64,000 nucleotides of DNA, from the NCBI GenBank assembly GCA_002269645.1, contig NIVC01002543.1:62001-126000 (forward strand), in the 5' to 3' direction. Within the stretch, counting starts at the first letter, position 1, and every line of letters starts with the position of its first letter. Of this stretch, positions 1-11,521 are shown piece by piece. This stretch comes from Macrostomum lignano (lineage: Eukaryota). The translations under genes and the position numbers were made by a program. A model generated the notes under the pieces. It had not been told where the DNA came from. It saw nothing but the letters and a program-made list of their open reading frames with translations, and did no database searches.

Positions 1-3000
1 ACTTGAATTCCACCTCCTATTGGTGAGGCTCTAAAACAGACTGACTCTGTGGCGTCAGTGCAGTCTGTAGGTTAGCTGGACCACCTGGACTTGAATTCCA
101 CCTCCCATCTGTGAGGCTCTTCAACAGACTGGCTCAGTTGCGTCAGTGCAGTCTGTAGGTTAGCTGGACCTCCTAAACTTGAATTCCACCTCCTATCTGT
201 GAGGCTCTTCAACAGACTGGATCAGTTGCGTCAGTACAGTCTGTAGGTTAGCTGGACCTCCTAAACTTGAATTCCACATCATCTGTGAGGCTCTTTAACA
301 GACTGACACTGTGGCGTCAGTACAGTCTGTAGGTTAGCTGGACCAGTTCAATTAGAATAGGATAAGCCAAATCTGAACACTTTTGCAGCAAGCTCACCAC
401 AGTAGATTCAATCTCGTCCGATGACTGAACTGCGATGAGGCAACACGTCTGTCCACCGGACTGACCAGCGTCTCAGGTGCCTCAGCCGACTTCTTAGAAG
501 TGTCCAGACGTGAGGTGTCAGCCTATAGTCGACTTAATGGCTCTTGGCCTTTAAAGTCTTGGTCGATATCTTGCTGGAGTTGCTTGCGTCACTCGTCTGC
601 ATCAAAGCTGACTTGCCGTCTCCAGACTGGGCCTGTCAAATTTGGCATTTATACGAGAATTAAGGATTGACAGTTTACAACTGATATTCTACTGAGACTG
701 TGAAACAGACTGGCATATTGGTGTCAGTACAGTCTGTAGGTTAGCTGGACCACCTAAACTTGAATTCCACCTCCTATCTGTGAGGCTCTTCAACAGACTG
801 GATCAGTTGCGTCAGTGCAGTCTGTAGGTTAGCTGGACCTCCTAAAATTGAATTCCACCCCATCTGTGAGGCTCTAAAACAGACTGACTCTGTGGCGTCA
901 GTACAGTCTGTAGGTTAGCTGGACCAGTTCAATTAGAATAGGATAAGCCAAATCTGAACACTTTTGCAGCAAGCTCACCACAGTAGATTCAATCTCGTCC
1001 GATGACTGAACTGCGATGAGGCAACACGTCTGTCCACCGGACTGACCAGCGTCTCAGGTGCCTCAGCCGACTTCTTAGAAGTGTCCAGACGTGAGGTGTC
1101 AGCCTATAGTCGACTTAATGGCTCTTGGCCTTTAAAGTCTTGGTCGATATCTTGCTGGAGTTGCTTGCGTCACTCGTCTGCATCAAAGCTGACTTGCCGT
1201 CTCCAGACTGGGCCTGTCAAATTTGGCATTTATACGAGAATTAAGGATTGACAGTTTACAACTGATATTCTACTGAGACTGTGAAACAGACTGGCATATT
1301 GGTGTCAGTACAGTCTGTAGGTTAGCTGGACCTCCTAAACTTGAATTCCACCTCCTATCTGTGAGGCTCTTCAACAGACTGGATCAGTTGCGTCAGTGCA
1401 GTCTGTAGGTTAGCTGGACCACCTGGACTTGAATTCCACCTCCCATCTGTGAGGCTCTTCAACAGACTGGCTCAGTTGCGTCAGTGCAGTCTGTAGGTTA
1501 GCTGGACCTCCTAAACTTGAATTCCACCTCCTATCTGTGAGGCTCTTCAACAGACTGGATCAGTTGCGTCAGTGCAGTCTGTAGGTTAGCTGGACCTCCT
1601 AAACTTGAATTCCACCCCATCTGTGAGGCTTTAAAACAGACTGACTCTGTGGCGTCAGTACAGTCTGTAGGTTAGCTGGATCAGTTCAATTAGAATAGGA
1701 TAAGCAAAATCTGAACACTTTTGCAGCAAGCTCACCACAGTAGATTCAATCTCGTCCGATGACTGAACTGCGATGAGGCAACACGTCTGTCCACCGGACT
1801 GACCAGCGTCTCAGGTGCCTCAGCCGACTTCTTAGAAGTGTCCAGACGTGAGGTGTCAGCCTATAGTCGACTTAATGGCTCTTGGCCTTTAAAGTCTTGG
1901 TCGATATCTTGCTGGAGTTGCTTGCGTCACTCGTCTGCATCAAAGCTGACTTGCCGTCTCCAGACTGGGCCTGTCAAATTTGGCATTTATACGAGAATTA
2001 AGGATTGACAGTTTACAACTGATATTCTACTGAGACTGTGAAACAGACTGGCATATTGGTGTCAGTACAGTCTGTAGGTTAGCTGGACCTCCTAAACTTG
2101 AATTCCACCTCCTATCTGTGAGGCTCTTCAACAGACTGGATCAGTTGCGTCAGTGCAGTCTGTAGGTTAGCTGGACCTCCTAAACTTGAATTCCACCCCA
2201 TCTGTGAGGCTCTAAAACAGACTGACTCTGTGGCGTCAGTACAGTCTGTAGGTTAGCTGGACCAGTTCAATTAGAATAGGATAAGCCAAATCTGAACACT
2301 TTTGCAGCAAGCTCACCACAGTAGATTCAATCTCGTCCGATGACTGAACTGCGATGAGGCAACACGTCTGTCCACCGGACTGACCAGCGTCTCAGGTGCC
2401 TCAGCCGACTTCTTAGAAGTGTCCAGACGTGAGTTGTCAGCCTATAGTCGACTTAATGGCTCTTGGCCTTTAAAGTCTTGGTCGTTATCTTGCTGGAGTT
2501 GCTTGCGTCACTCGTCTGCATCAAAGCTGACTTGCCGTCTCCAGACTGGGCCTGTCAAATTTGGCATTTATACGAGAATTAAGGATTGACAGTTTACAAC
2601 TGATATTCTACTGAGACTGTGAAACAGACTGGCATATTGGTGTCAGTACAGTCTGTAGGTTAGCTGGACCTCCTAAACTTGAATTCCACCTCCTATCTGT
2701 GAGGCTCTTCAACAGACTGGATCAGTTGCGTCAGTGCAGTCTGTAGGTTAGCTGGACCTCCTAAACTTGAATTCCACCCCATCTGTGAGGCTCTAAAACA
2801 GACTGACTCTGTGGCGTCAGTACAGTCTGTAGGTTAGCTGGACAAGTTCAATTAGAATAGGATAAGCCAAATTTGAACACTTTTGCAGCAAGCTCACCAC
2901 AGTAGATTCAATCTCGTCCGATGACTGAACTGCGATGAGGCAACACGTCTGTCCACCGGACCGACCAGCGTCTCAGGTGCCTCAGCCGACTTCTTAGAAG

Positions 3001-5260
3001 TGTCCAGACGTGAGGTGTCAGCCTATAGTCGACTTAATGGCTCTTGGCCTTTAAAGTCTTGGTCGATATCTTGCTGGAGTTGCTTGCGTCACTCGTCTGC
3101 AACAAAGCTGACTTGCCGTCTCCAGACTGGGCCTGTCAAATTTGGCATTTATACGAGAATTAAGGATTGACAGTTTACAACTGATATTCTACTGAGACTG
3201 TGAAACAGACTGGCATATTGGTGTCAGTACAGTCTGTAGGTTAGCTGGACCTCCTAAACTTGAATTCCACCTCCTATCTGTGAGGCTCTTCAACAGACTG
3301 GATCAGTTGCGTCAGTGCAGTCTGTAGGTTAGCTGGACCACCTGGACTTGAATTCCACCTCCCATCTGTGAGGCTCTTCAACAGACTGGCTCAGTTGCGT
3401 CAGTGCAGTCTGTAGGTTAGCTGGACCTCCTAAACTTGAATTCCACCTCCTATCTGTGAGGCTCTTCAACAGACTGGATCAGTTGCGTCAGTGCAGTCTG
3501 TAGGTTAGCTGGACCTCCTAAACTTGAATTCCACCCCATCTGTGAGGCTCTAAAACAGACTGACTCTGTGGCGTCAGTACAGTCTGTAGGTTAGCTGGAT
3601 CAGTTCAATTAGAATAGGATAAGCAAAATCTGAACACTTTTGCAGCAAGCTCACCACAGTAGATTCAATCTCGTCCGATGACTGAACTGCGATGAGGCAA
3701 CACGTCTGTCCACCGGACTGACCAGCGTCTCAGGTGCCTCAGCCGACTTCTTAGAAGTGTCCAGACGTGAGGTGTCAGCCTATAGTCGACTTAATGGCTC
3801 TTGGCCTTTAAAGTCTTGGTCGATATCTTGCTGGAGTTGCTTGCGTCACTCGTCTGCATCAAAGCTGACTTGCCGTCTCCAGACTGGGCCTGTCAAATTT
3901 GGCATTTATACGAGAATTAAGGATTGACAGTTTACAACTGATATTCTACTGAGACTGTGAAACAGACTGGCATATTGGTGTCAGTACAGTCTGTAGGTTA
4001 GCTGGACCTCCTAAACTTGAATTCCACCTCCTATCTGTGAGGCTCTTCAACAGACTGGATCAGTTGCGTCAGTGCAGTCTGTAGGTTAGCTGGACCTCCT
4101 AAACTTGAATTCCACCCCATCTGTGAGGCTTTAAAACAGACTGACTCTGTGGCGTCAGTACAGTCTGTAGGTTAGCTGGATCAGTTCAATTAGAATAGGA
4201 TAAGCCAAATCTGAACACTTTTGCAGCAAGCTCACCACAGTAGATTCAATCTCGTCCGATGACTGAACTGCGATGAGGCAACACGTCTGTCCACCGGACT
4301 GACCAGCGTCTCAGGTGCCTCAGCCGACTTCTTAGAAGTGTCCAGACGTGAGGTGTCAGCCTATAGTCGACTTAATGGCTCTTGGCCTTTAAAGTCTTGG
4401 TCGATATCTTGCTGGAGTTGCTTGCGTCACTCGTCTGCATCAAAGCTGACTTGCCGTCTCCAGACTGGGCCTGTCAAATTTGGCATTTATACGAGAATTA
4501 AGGATTGACAGTTTACAACTGATATTCTACTGAGACTGTGAAACAGACTGGCATATTGGTGTCAGTACAGTCTGTAGGTTAGCTGGACCTCCTAAACTTG
4601 AATTCCACCTCCTATCTGTGAGGCTCTTCAACAGACTGGATCAGTTGCGTCAGTGCAGTCTGTAGGTTAGCTGGACCTCCTAAACTTGAATTCCACCCCA
4701 TCTGTGAGGCTCTAAAACAGACTGACTCTGTGGCGTCAGTACAGTCTGTAGGTTAGCTGGACCAGTTCAATTAGAATAGGATAAGCAAAATCTGAACACT
4801 TTTGCAGCAAGCTCACCACAGTAGATTCAATCTCGTCCGATGACTGAACTGCGATGAGGCAACACGTCTGTCCACCGGACTGACCAGCGTCTCAGGTGCC
4901 TCAGCCGACTTCTTAGAAGTGTCCAGACGTGAGGTGTCAGCCTATAGTCGACTTAATGGCTCTTGGCCTTTAAAGTCTTGGTCGATATCTTGCTGGAGTT
5001 GCTTGCGTCACTCGTCTGCATCAAAGCTGACTTGCCGTCTCCAGACTGGGCCTGTCAAATTTGGCATTTATACGAGAATTAAGGATTGACAGTTTACAAC
5101 TGATATTCTACTGAGACTGTGAAACAGACTGGCATATTGGTGTCAGTACAGTCTGTAGGTTAGCTGGACCTCCTAAACTTGAATTCCACCTCCTATCTGT
5201 GAGGCTCTTCAACAGACTGGATCAGTTGCGTCAGTGCAGTCTGTAGGTTAGCTGGACCAG
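1..5260. repeat. Composite satellite: ~405-bp unique block plus 2 or 4 copies of an 88-bp subunit (units of 581 and 757 bp); runs off the window start
   Basis: Unique block (GA[C/T]CAGTTCAATTAGAATAGG...) starts at 341, 922, 1679, 2260, 2841, 3598, 4179 and 4760 (spacings 581, 757, 581, 581, 757, 581, 581). ACTTGAATTCC recurs every 88 bp (1, 89, 177, 265). Confidence 0.97.
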
Positions 5261-6440
5261 CTTAAGTTGTATGTGCACCGATTTGCTTACCTGGTAGATT
5301 TTGCTTTTTGGTCTGGCAGGAAAACATATTTCTGAAATTTCGATTGAGTAGGTTCTTATTGAGGCTCTTTACAAAAGTTTATTATTTTTTCATCCTAAAT
5401 AACACTTCGTTTTGGTACTTACTGCAATTTCAATGCAATTTTTCAAAAACGTCGTCGAAAACATTTTTCACTGGCTCCCAAGTATTGTTAGATCTAAAAG
5501 TCGTGTGTTGTTTTTATTAGCTACGTAGTAATCCAAAGGCTTGGTTTTACTAGAGAATTAGAACGCGAGGAAATCAATCTTTTAAATTGAATCTTTTCAT
5601 TTTATGCTTACCTTAGGTATCCAGTCCACTTGATGTAACATCTGTTACTGTTGCACCTCTCCGGGACTCTGTGTTATTGGGATATCTCCTGCGAGACATT
5701 CCTGTATCCTCGTGTATTGACTATTGACAGTTCAGTTGAATGTTTCAGTCTATCCGAGAAATTAGGTGGTCCATGTAAGCCTGTTTTAGCTAGACCAAAG
5801 GTTTTCACTTTTGTAGCTCTGCCCCTCTCTGACTCGTTTAGTCGACGGACTGTCTGTCCCTTGGACTGCTCCTATTGGCTGGCATTCCCAGTAGGGGTGG
5901 TCCGATTTTTACCAACCTCTCCGAAATCAGTCCTTAACCAATGCAGCACTAGTCTGTGTGAATGTGCTGTGCGCTTTGAGTTTCGTTTACATGGACCTCA
6001 ACAGACGATTTGATGTGCGTGCAACTGTGTTTAGTGGGACCCAGGCTAAGCTAAAATAAAAAATATCAGACCTTCGCTTTGAGCTTGGTTTGGTGCTTCC
6101 CCACCCCTAAACAGGGCTCTGAGAGCAGAACCTTCTTCTCAAGGCCGAAACTCTCCTCCAGGCTTATTTCTTATTGTGGTTCGACACTTTTATAAATATC
6201 AAATATCAAAAGGAATCTAAAAGAAGGAAAGTCGATAGGCCTATAGGATACAATATCCATTTAAACTACTATCAGCAGCTAACGTGATAAAGGAACCGTC
6301 ATTCGAATATTTTTCGGGCACAAAACCGTGGGAAGGCTTTGAAGAAAGCTCAACAAAGCCGTGTGTGCCTAATTTAAGATCACGGAAATTAAATAGATTA
6401 CTTTTTTGGCGTAAAAGATGTTGTAAAAAGGTAAATTGCC

Positions 6441-6487
6441 AACAGACTGAAACAGACTGAAACAGACTGAAACAGACTGCAACAGAC
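6441..6487 (+). repeat. 10-bp direct repeat (AACAGACTGA) x~4.7
   Basis: aacagactga aacagactga aacagactga aacagactgc aacagac read directly; same core as the satellite palindrome half-site. Confidence 0.9.
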
Positions 6488-6518
6488 AAATTCAGAAATT
6501 TTCATTGACAATTTTTGT

Positions 6519-6747
6519 TTAGCTGGACCTTTCAGACCCGGTTTAGGTGGACATCGCAAAAAGTCCATGTAAACTGAAATGCATTTTTTTCTGAGCATGA
6601 ATGCCGATGAATGTTGCGCTTTGCGGCACTCATTCCTGACATCCATTGCTCTGTTTTGTGGTCCTTATAAACCACTCAACGTTGTCTGGAGCAAAAATAT
6701 TCGGTGGTCCACCTACGCTGTCCACCTAAACCGAAAGGTCCAGCTAA
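6519..6747. other. Inverted-repeat (foldback/MITE-like) element with ~30-bp arms
   Basis: 6519-6553 TTAGCTGGACCTTTCAGACCCGGTTTAGGTGGACA is the reverse complement of 6719-6747 TGTCCACCTAAACCGAAAGGTCCAGCTAA apart from one 6-bp indel. No TSD identified. Confidence 0.6.
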
Positions 6748-7672
6748 TGCGGCAACTGAACCGACGAAAGGTCCAAGTAAACACACAGACAGTAACACAG
6801 ACAGACAGACAGACTGCCATACAATAGGATAGTTTTTTCTTGACTAAACGACGCAGTAAAAACTGAATGTATTTGAAATGAAAACGAAGTGGACACAAAG
6901 CCCTCTTCAGCTGTGTATTTATGACATTAAATGACATTAAATGGATGTGAATTGTGTACCAAAAGTGCATCACTTGCTATCACATGATGATTTGCTATTG
7001 GCTTGCTAGAGAGCCGCATCGCGCGGACACAAATAAACTATTTATTGATATTTAAAACACGGACCAGGTCGTGTAAACATGAAATAATAATAATGTAGTA
7101 AACTAAAAATCCTGTGATGAAAGATTAGACTAGCTGGTAGTACAGTTCTGTGCTACGGCTGGGATAAACAGATGGCAGATATAGAATAGAAAAAGTGATA
7201 ATTGCACCTGCGGGCGCCCTTGACTTCTCATACTGTAGGTGTTAAGTCGAAAATTTCGTGAGCCAGCGGCCTCGCCAAGTGGCTGGAGGGCCCCGGGCAG
7301 ACTGCTGCTCAAAGAGGTCGAAAGGTTGGACAGAAACTGGACGAAATTTGGACCATGATGACGACTGGCCGGCTGTCAAGGGCGGTGACGGTGCACAAGG
7401 ACTTCTAACAACTTCTAAGTCAAAAATCTAAACTAAAATGCCTCCTAGCCAGGGCTCTTGGGGCTTGCTTCTAGGAGGACTGCAAAATTAACTGCAGAGC
7501 AGATTGTCGGGCAAACAGCAAAACAAAATAATGGCTAAAACGAAACTAGAAAACAAAAAAAATAGCTAGAAAAAGCTGAACCAAACAAGAGAAGGATGCT
7601 GATTTAACTTCATCAGCAGCATAGCAACTTGAATTTTACCTGGATGAATTGATTTAAATTGATGTTGAATCT

Positions 7673-8469
7673 AGACTGTCTGTTCTGTGGTTTCCAGACT
7701 GTCTGTTCTGTGGTTTACAGACTGTCTGTTCTGTGGTTTACAGACTGTCTGTTCTGTGGTTTACAGACTGTCTGTTCTGTGGTTTACAGACTGTCTGATC
7801 TGTGATTTACAGACTGTCTGTTCTGTGGTTTACAGACTGTCTGTTCTGTGGTTTACAGACTGTCTGTTCTGTGGTTTACAGACTGTCTGATCTGTGGTTT
7901 ACAGACTGTCTGTTCTGTGGTTTACAGACTGTCTGTTCTGTGGTTTACAGACTGTCTGTTCTGTGGTTTACAGACTGTCTGTTCTGTGGTTTACAGACTG
8001 TCTGTTCTGTGGTTTACAGACTGTCTGATCTGTGGTTTACAGACTGTCTGATCTGTGGTTTACAGACTGTCTGTTCTGTGGTTTACAGACTGTCTGTTCT
8101 GTGGTTTACAGACTGTCTGATCTGTGGTTTACAGACTGTCTGTTCTGTGGTTTACAGACTGTCTGTTCTGTGGTTTACAGACTGTCTGATCTGTGGTTTA
8201 CAGACTGTCTGTTCTGTGGTTTACAGACTGTCTGTTCTGTGGTTTACAGACTGTCTGATCTGTGGTTTACAGACTGTCTGATCTGTGATTTACAGACTGT
8301 CTGCTCTGTGGTTTACAGACTGTCTGATCTGTGGTTTCCAGACTGTCTGTTCTGTGGTTTACAGACTGTCTGATCTGTGGTTTACAGACTGTCTGATCTG
8401 TGGTTTCCAGACTGTCTACTCTGTGGTTTCCAGACTGTCTACTCTGTGGTTTCCAGACTGTCTGTTCTG
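7673..8469. repeat. 23-bp minisatellite (AGACTGTCTGTTCTGTGGTTTAC)n, ~35 copies
   Basis: Direct tandem periodicity; the ORFs called here are repeat read-throughs. Confidence 0.97.
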
Positions 8470-8986
8470 GTCAAGAAGACTCAGACACCAACATTACCCT
8501 AGCCTCGTGGGCATGGGAGAATTCTTATCCTGGTAAAACTCGTGTCAATATGCTGCTTCGATGCAGTTTACAATAAGACAGACTTTGCTAAACAGTATCT
8601 AAATAAAATATAATAGAATATATTGCATAGCAACTATTTACAGCAAATAAGCTCGACAGTAAAGCATTAACACAGACTTTTCAAGTATAGGGAAACAAGA
8701 AACGTTAACAAAACACAATTGCATTGTCAAAATAGCAATTGAAAAGACCAATAGATTAAAAAAGTGACATTCAGTTACCGCGACTCCAGCAAGATGGCAA
8801 ACGGTTGCTAAGGACTCTGGGATGCTCAAAACTGCAGCTAGATGACCAGGAAGAGTTCGGGGGACAGTTGCTCGCTTTGTTTAGAGGACAAGCGGTGAGG
8901 TAGCCATCTGGAATTGATTAGCTGGGGATGTTAATATTCAATCGATAATAAACTTGTTGGTTACAGGCCTCAGCTGCTCAAATAGT

Positions 8987-10435
8987 CTAATGATCCTCTC
9001 AGGTGTTCTAATGATCCCCTCAGGTATTCTAATGATTCCCTCGGGTATTCTAATGATCCCCTCAGGTATTCTAATGATTCCCTCGGGTATTCTAATGATT
9101 CCCTCGGGTATTCTAATGATCCCCTCAGGTATTCTAATGATTCCCTCAGGTATCCTAATGATTCCCTCAGGTATTCTAATGATTCCCTCAGGTATTTTAA
9201 TGATCCCCTCAGGTATCCCAATGATTCCCTCGGGTATTCTAATGATCCCCTCAGGTATTCTAATGATTCCCTCGGGTATTCTAATGATTCCCTCGGGTAT
9301 TCTAATGATCCCCTCAGGTATTCTAATGATTCCCTCAGGTATCCTAATGATTCCCTCAGGTATTCTAATGATTCCCTCAGGTATCCTAACGATCCCCTCA
9401 GGTATCCTAATGATTCCCTCAGGTATCCTAATGATTCCCTCAGGTATCCTAATGATTCCCTCAGGTATCCTAATGATTCCCTCAGGTATTCTAATGATTC
9501 CCTCGGGTATTCTAATGATCCCCTCAGGTATTCTAATGATTCCCTCGGGTATTCTAATGATCCCCTCAGGTATTCTAATGATCCCCTCTGGTATTCTAAT
9601 GATCCCCTCAGGTATTCTAATGATTCCCTCGGGTATTCTAATGATTCCCTCAGGTATCCTAATGATTCCCTCAGGTATCCTAATGATTCCCTCAGGTATC
9701 CTAACGACCCCTCAGGTATCCTAATGATTCTCTCAGGTATTCTAATGATCCTCTCAGATATTCTAATGTTCCCCTCAGATATTCTAATGTTCCCCTCAGG
9801 TATCCTAATGATTCCCTCAGGTATCCTAATGATTCCCTCAGGTATCCTAATGATTCCCTCAGGTATCCTAATGATTCCCTCAGGTATTTTAATGATTCCC
9901 TCAGGTATTCTAATGATTCCCTCAGGTATTCTAATGATTCCCTCGGGTATTCTAATGATCCCCTCAGGTATTCTAATGATTCCCTCGGGTATTCTAATGA
10001 TCCCCTCAGGTATTCTAATGATTCCCTCGGGTATTCTAATGATCCCCTCAGGTATTCTAATGATCCCCTCTGGTATTCTAATGATCCCCTCAGGTATTCT
10101 AATGATTCCCTCGGGTATTCTAATGATTCCCTCAGGTATCCTAATGATTCCCTCAGGTATCCTAATGATTCTCTCAGGTATTCTAATGATCCTCTCAGAT
10201 ATTCTAATGTTCCCCTCAGATATTCTAATGTTCCCCTCAGGTATCCTAATGATTCCCTCAGGTATCCTAATGATTCCCTCAGGTATCCTAATGATTCCCT
10301 CAGGTATTCTAATGATTCCCTCAGGTATTTTAATGATTCCCTCAGGTATTCTAATGATTCCCTTAGGTATTCTAAGAATTCCCTCAGGTATTTTAATGAT
10401 TCCCTCAGGTATTCTAATAGTTCCCTCAGGTATTC
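8987..10435. repeat. 21-bp minisatellite (CTAATGATTCCCTCAGGTATT)n, ~69 copies
   Basis: Direct tandem periodicity with C/T and A/G variants; (MIPSGIL)n ORFs are read-throughs. Confidence 0.97.
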
Positions 10436-10918
10436 AAATTACACATTGCCTGCATTGTGAATTAGTATGCTGCATAGCTCGGATAAAACCTTCTGTTTAT
10501 GTGTTTATGGCCGCTATTGTAAATACATTTATTGATTTGACTGTGTCGCGCAAAGCCCATAGCTTTACCGCAGAATTCAATACCAAATCGCTATCATTTA
10601 ATCTTTAAATACTTCTTGATCAAGCCAGTAATTTGAATTATTCGCCCATATTTTATGGCACTGAAATAAATTCTCTGAAGTGGTCATAAAAAGCCCACTG
10701 TATTGCGCAAATGCGCTTTCAGCCGCAGCTCGGCGAGTCGCAGGGGGTGGCGACAGGATCGCAGAATTTGTGGTAAAAATTTTGCGACTTAAATTTTTTT
10801 ACGACTGTGGCTTGGCTGCCCTCTCTAGTGCGGCTTTTACTGCCAGTTAGTTGATAATATGGCCCGGGAAAAGCTCAATTTTTTGCCATTTATAACTGAC
10901 TTATAAGACTGCAATCAA

Positions 10919-11437
10919 CACTGCTTATCCCTTCGGACACTGCTTATCCTACTGACTTTCGGACACTGCTTATCCTACTGACTCTCGGACACTGCTTATC
11001 CTACAGGTTCTTCGGACACTGCTTATCCTACAGGCTCTTCGGACACTGCTTATCCTACAGGCTCTTCGGACACTGCTTATCCTACTGACTCTCGGACACT
11101 GCTTATCCTACAGGCTCTTCGGACACTGCTTATCCTACAGGCTCTTCGGACACTGCGATTTCCCCAGCTTCGGACACTGCTTATCCTACAGGCTCTTCGG
11201 ACACTGCTTATCCTACAGGCTCTTCGGACACTGCTTATCCTACAGGCTCTTCGGACACTGCTTATCCTACAGGCTCTTCGGACACTGCTTATCCTACAGG
11301 CTCTTCGGACACTGCTTATCCTACAGGCTCTTCGGACACTGCTTATCCTAGAGGCTTTTCGGACACTGCTTATCCTACAGGCTCTTCGGACACTGCTTAT
11401 TTCAATGACTCTTCGGACACCCTAGCTTCGGACACTA
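10919..11437. repeat. 27-bp minisatellite (CTTCGGACACTGCTTATCCTACAGGCT)n, ~19 copies
   Basis: Direct tandem periodicity; ends ~85 bp from the stop codon of the minus-strand gene, so possibly within its 3' UTR. Confidence 0.95.
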
Positions 11438-11521
11438 CGATTCCTCACGTACCCTTGATGAACCCTGGTCATTCGTCATGGCACGCAGCAAGTGACCCAC
11501 CTGCTCTGTCGCGGGCCCAGC

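Noticed and set aside
341-720. Tandemly repeated coding exon in the satellite unique block (minus strand, ctatag|...|gtgagc; peptide ADTSRLDTSKKSAEAPETLV...)
   Set aside because: The 125-nt segment is not phase-symmetric, and in-frame stops flank it in every copy.
341-720. Hammerhead ribozyme, snRNA or SL RNA repeat
   Set aside because: No CTGANGA...GAAA core with pairing stems, no recognisable snRNA 5' end, and no match to a flatworm spliced leader as I recall it.
1-5260. CRISPR-like repeat/spacer array
   Set aside because: The intervening blocks are near-identical rather than unique spacers, units are far too long, the context is eukaryotic and there are no cas genes.
8954-10608. (MIPSGIL)n ORFs as proteins
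   Set aside because: Read-through of a 21-bp unit, broken by an indel near 9724; starts at a non-ATG codon with no unique coding flanks.
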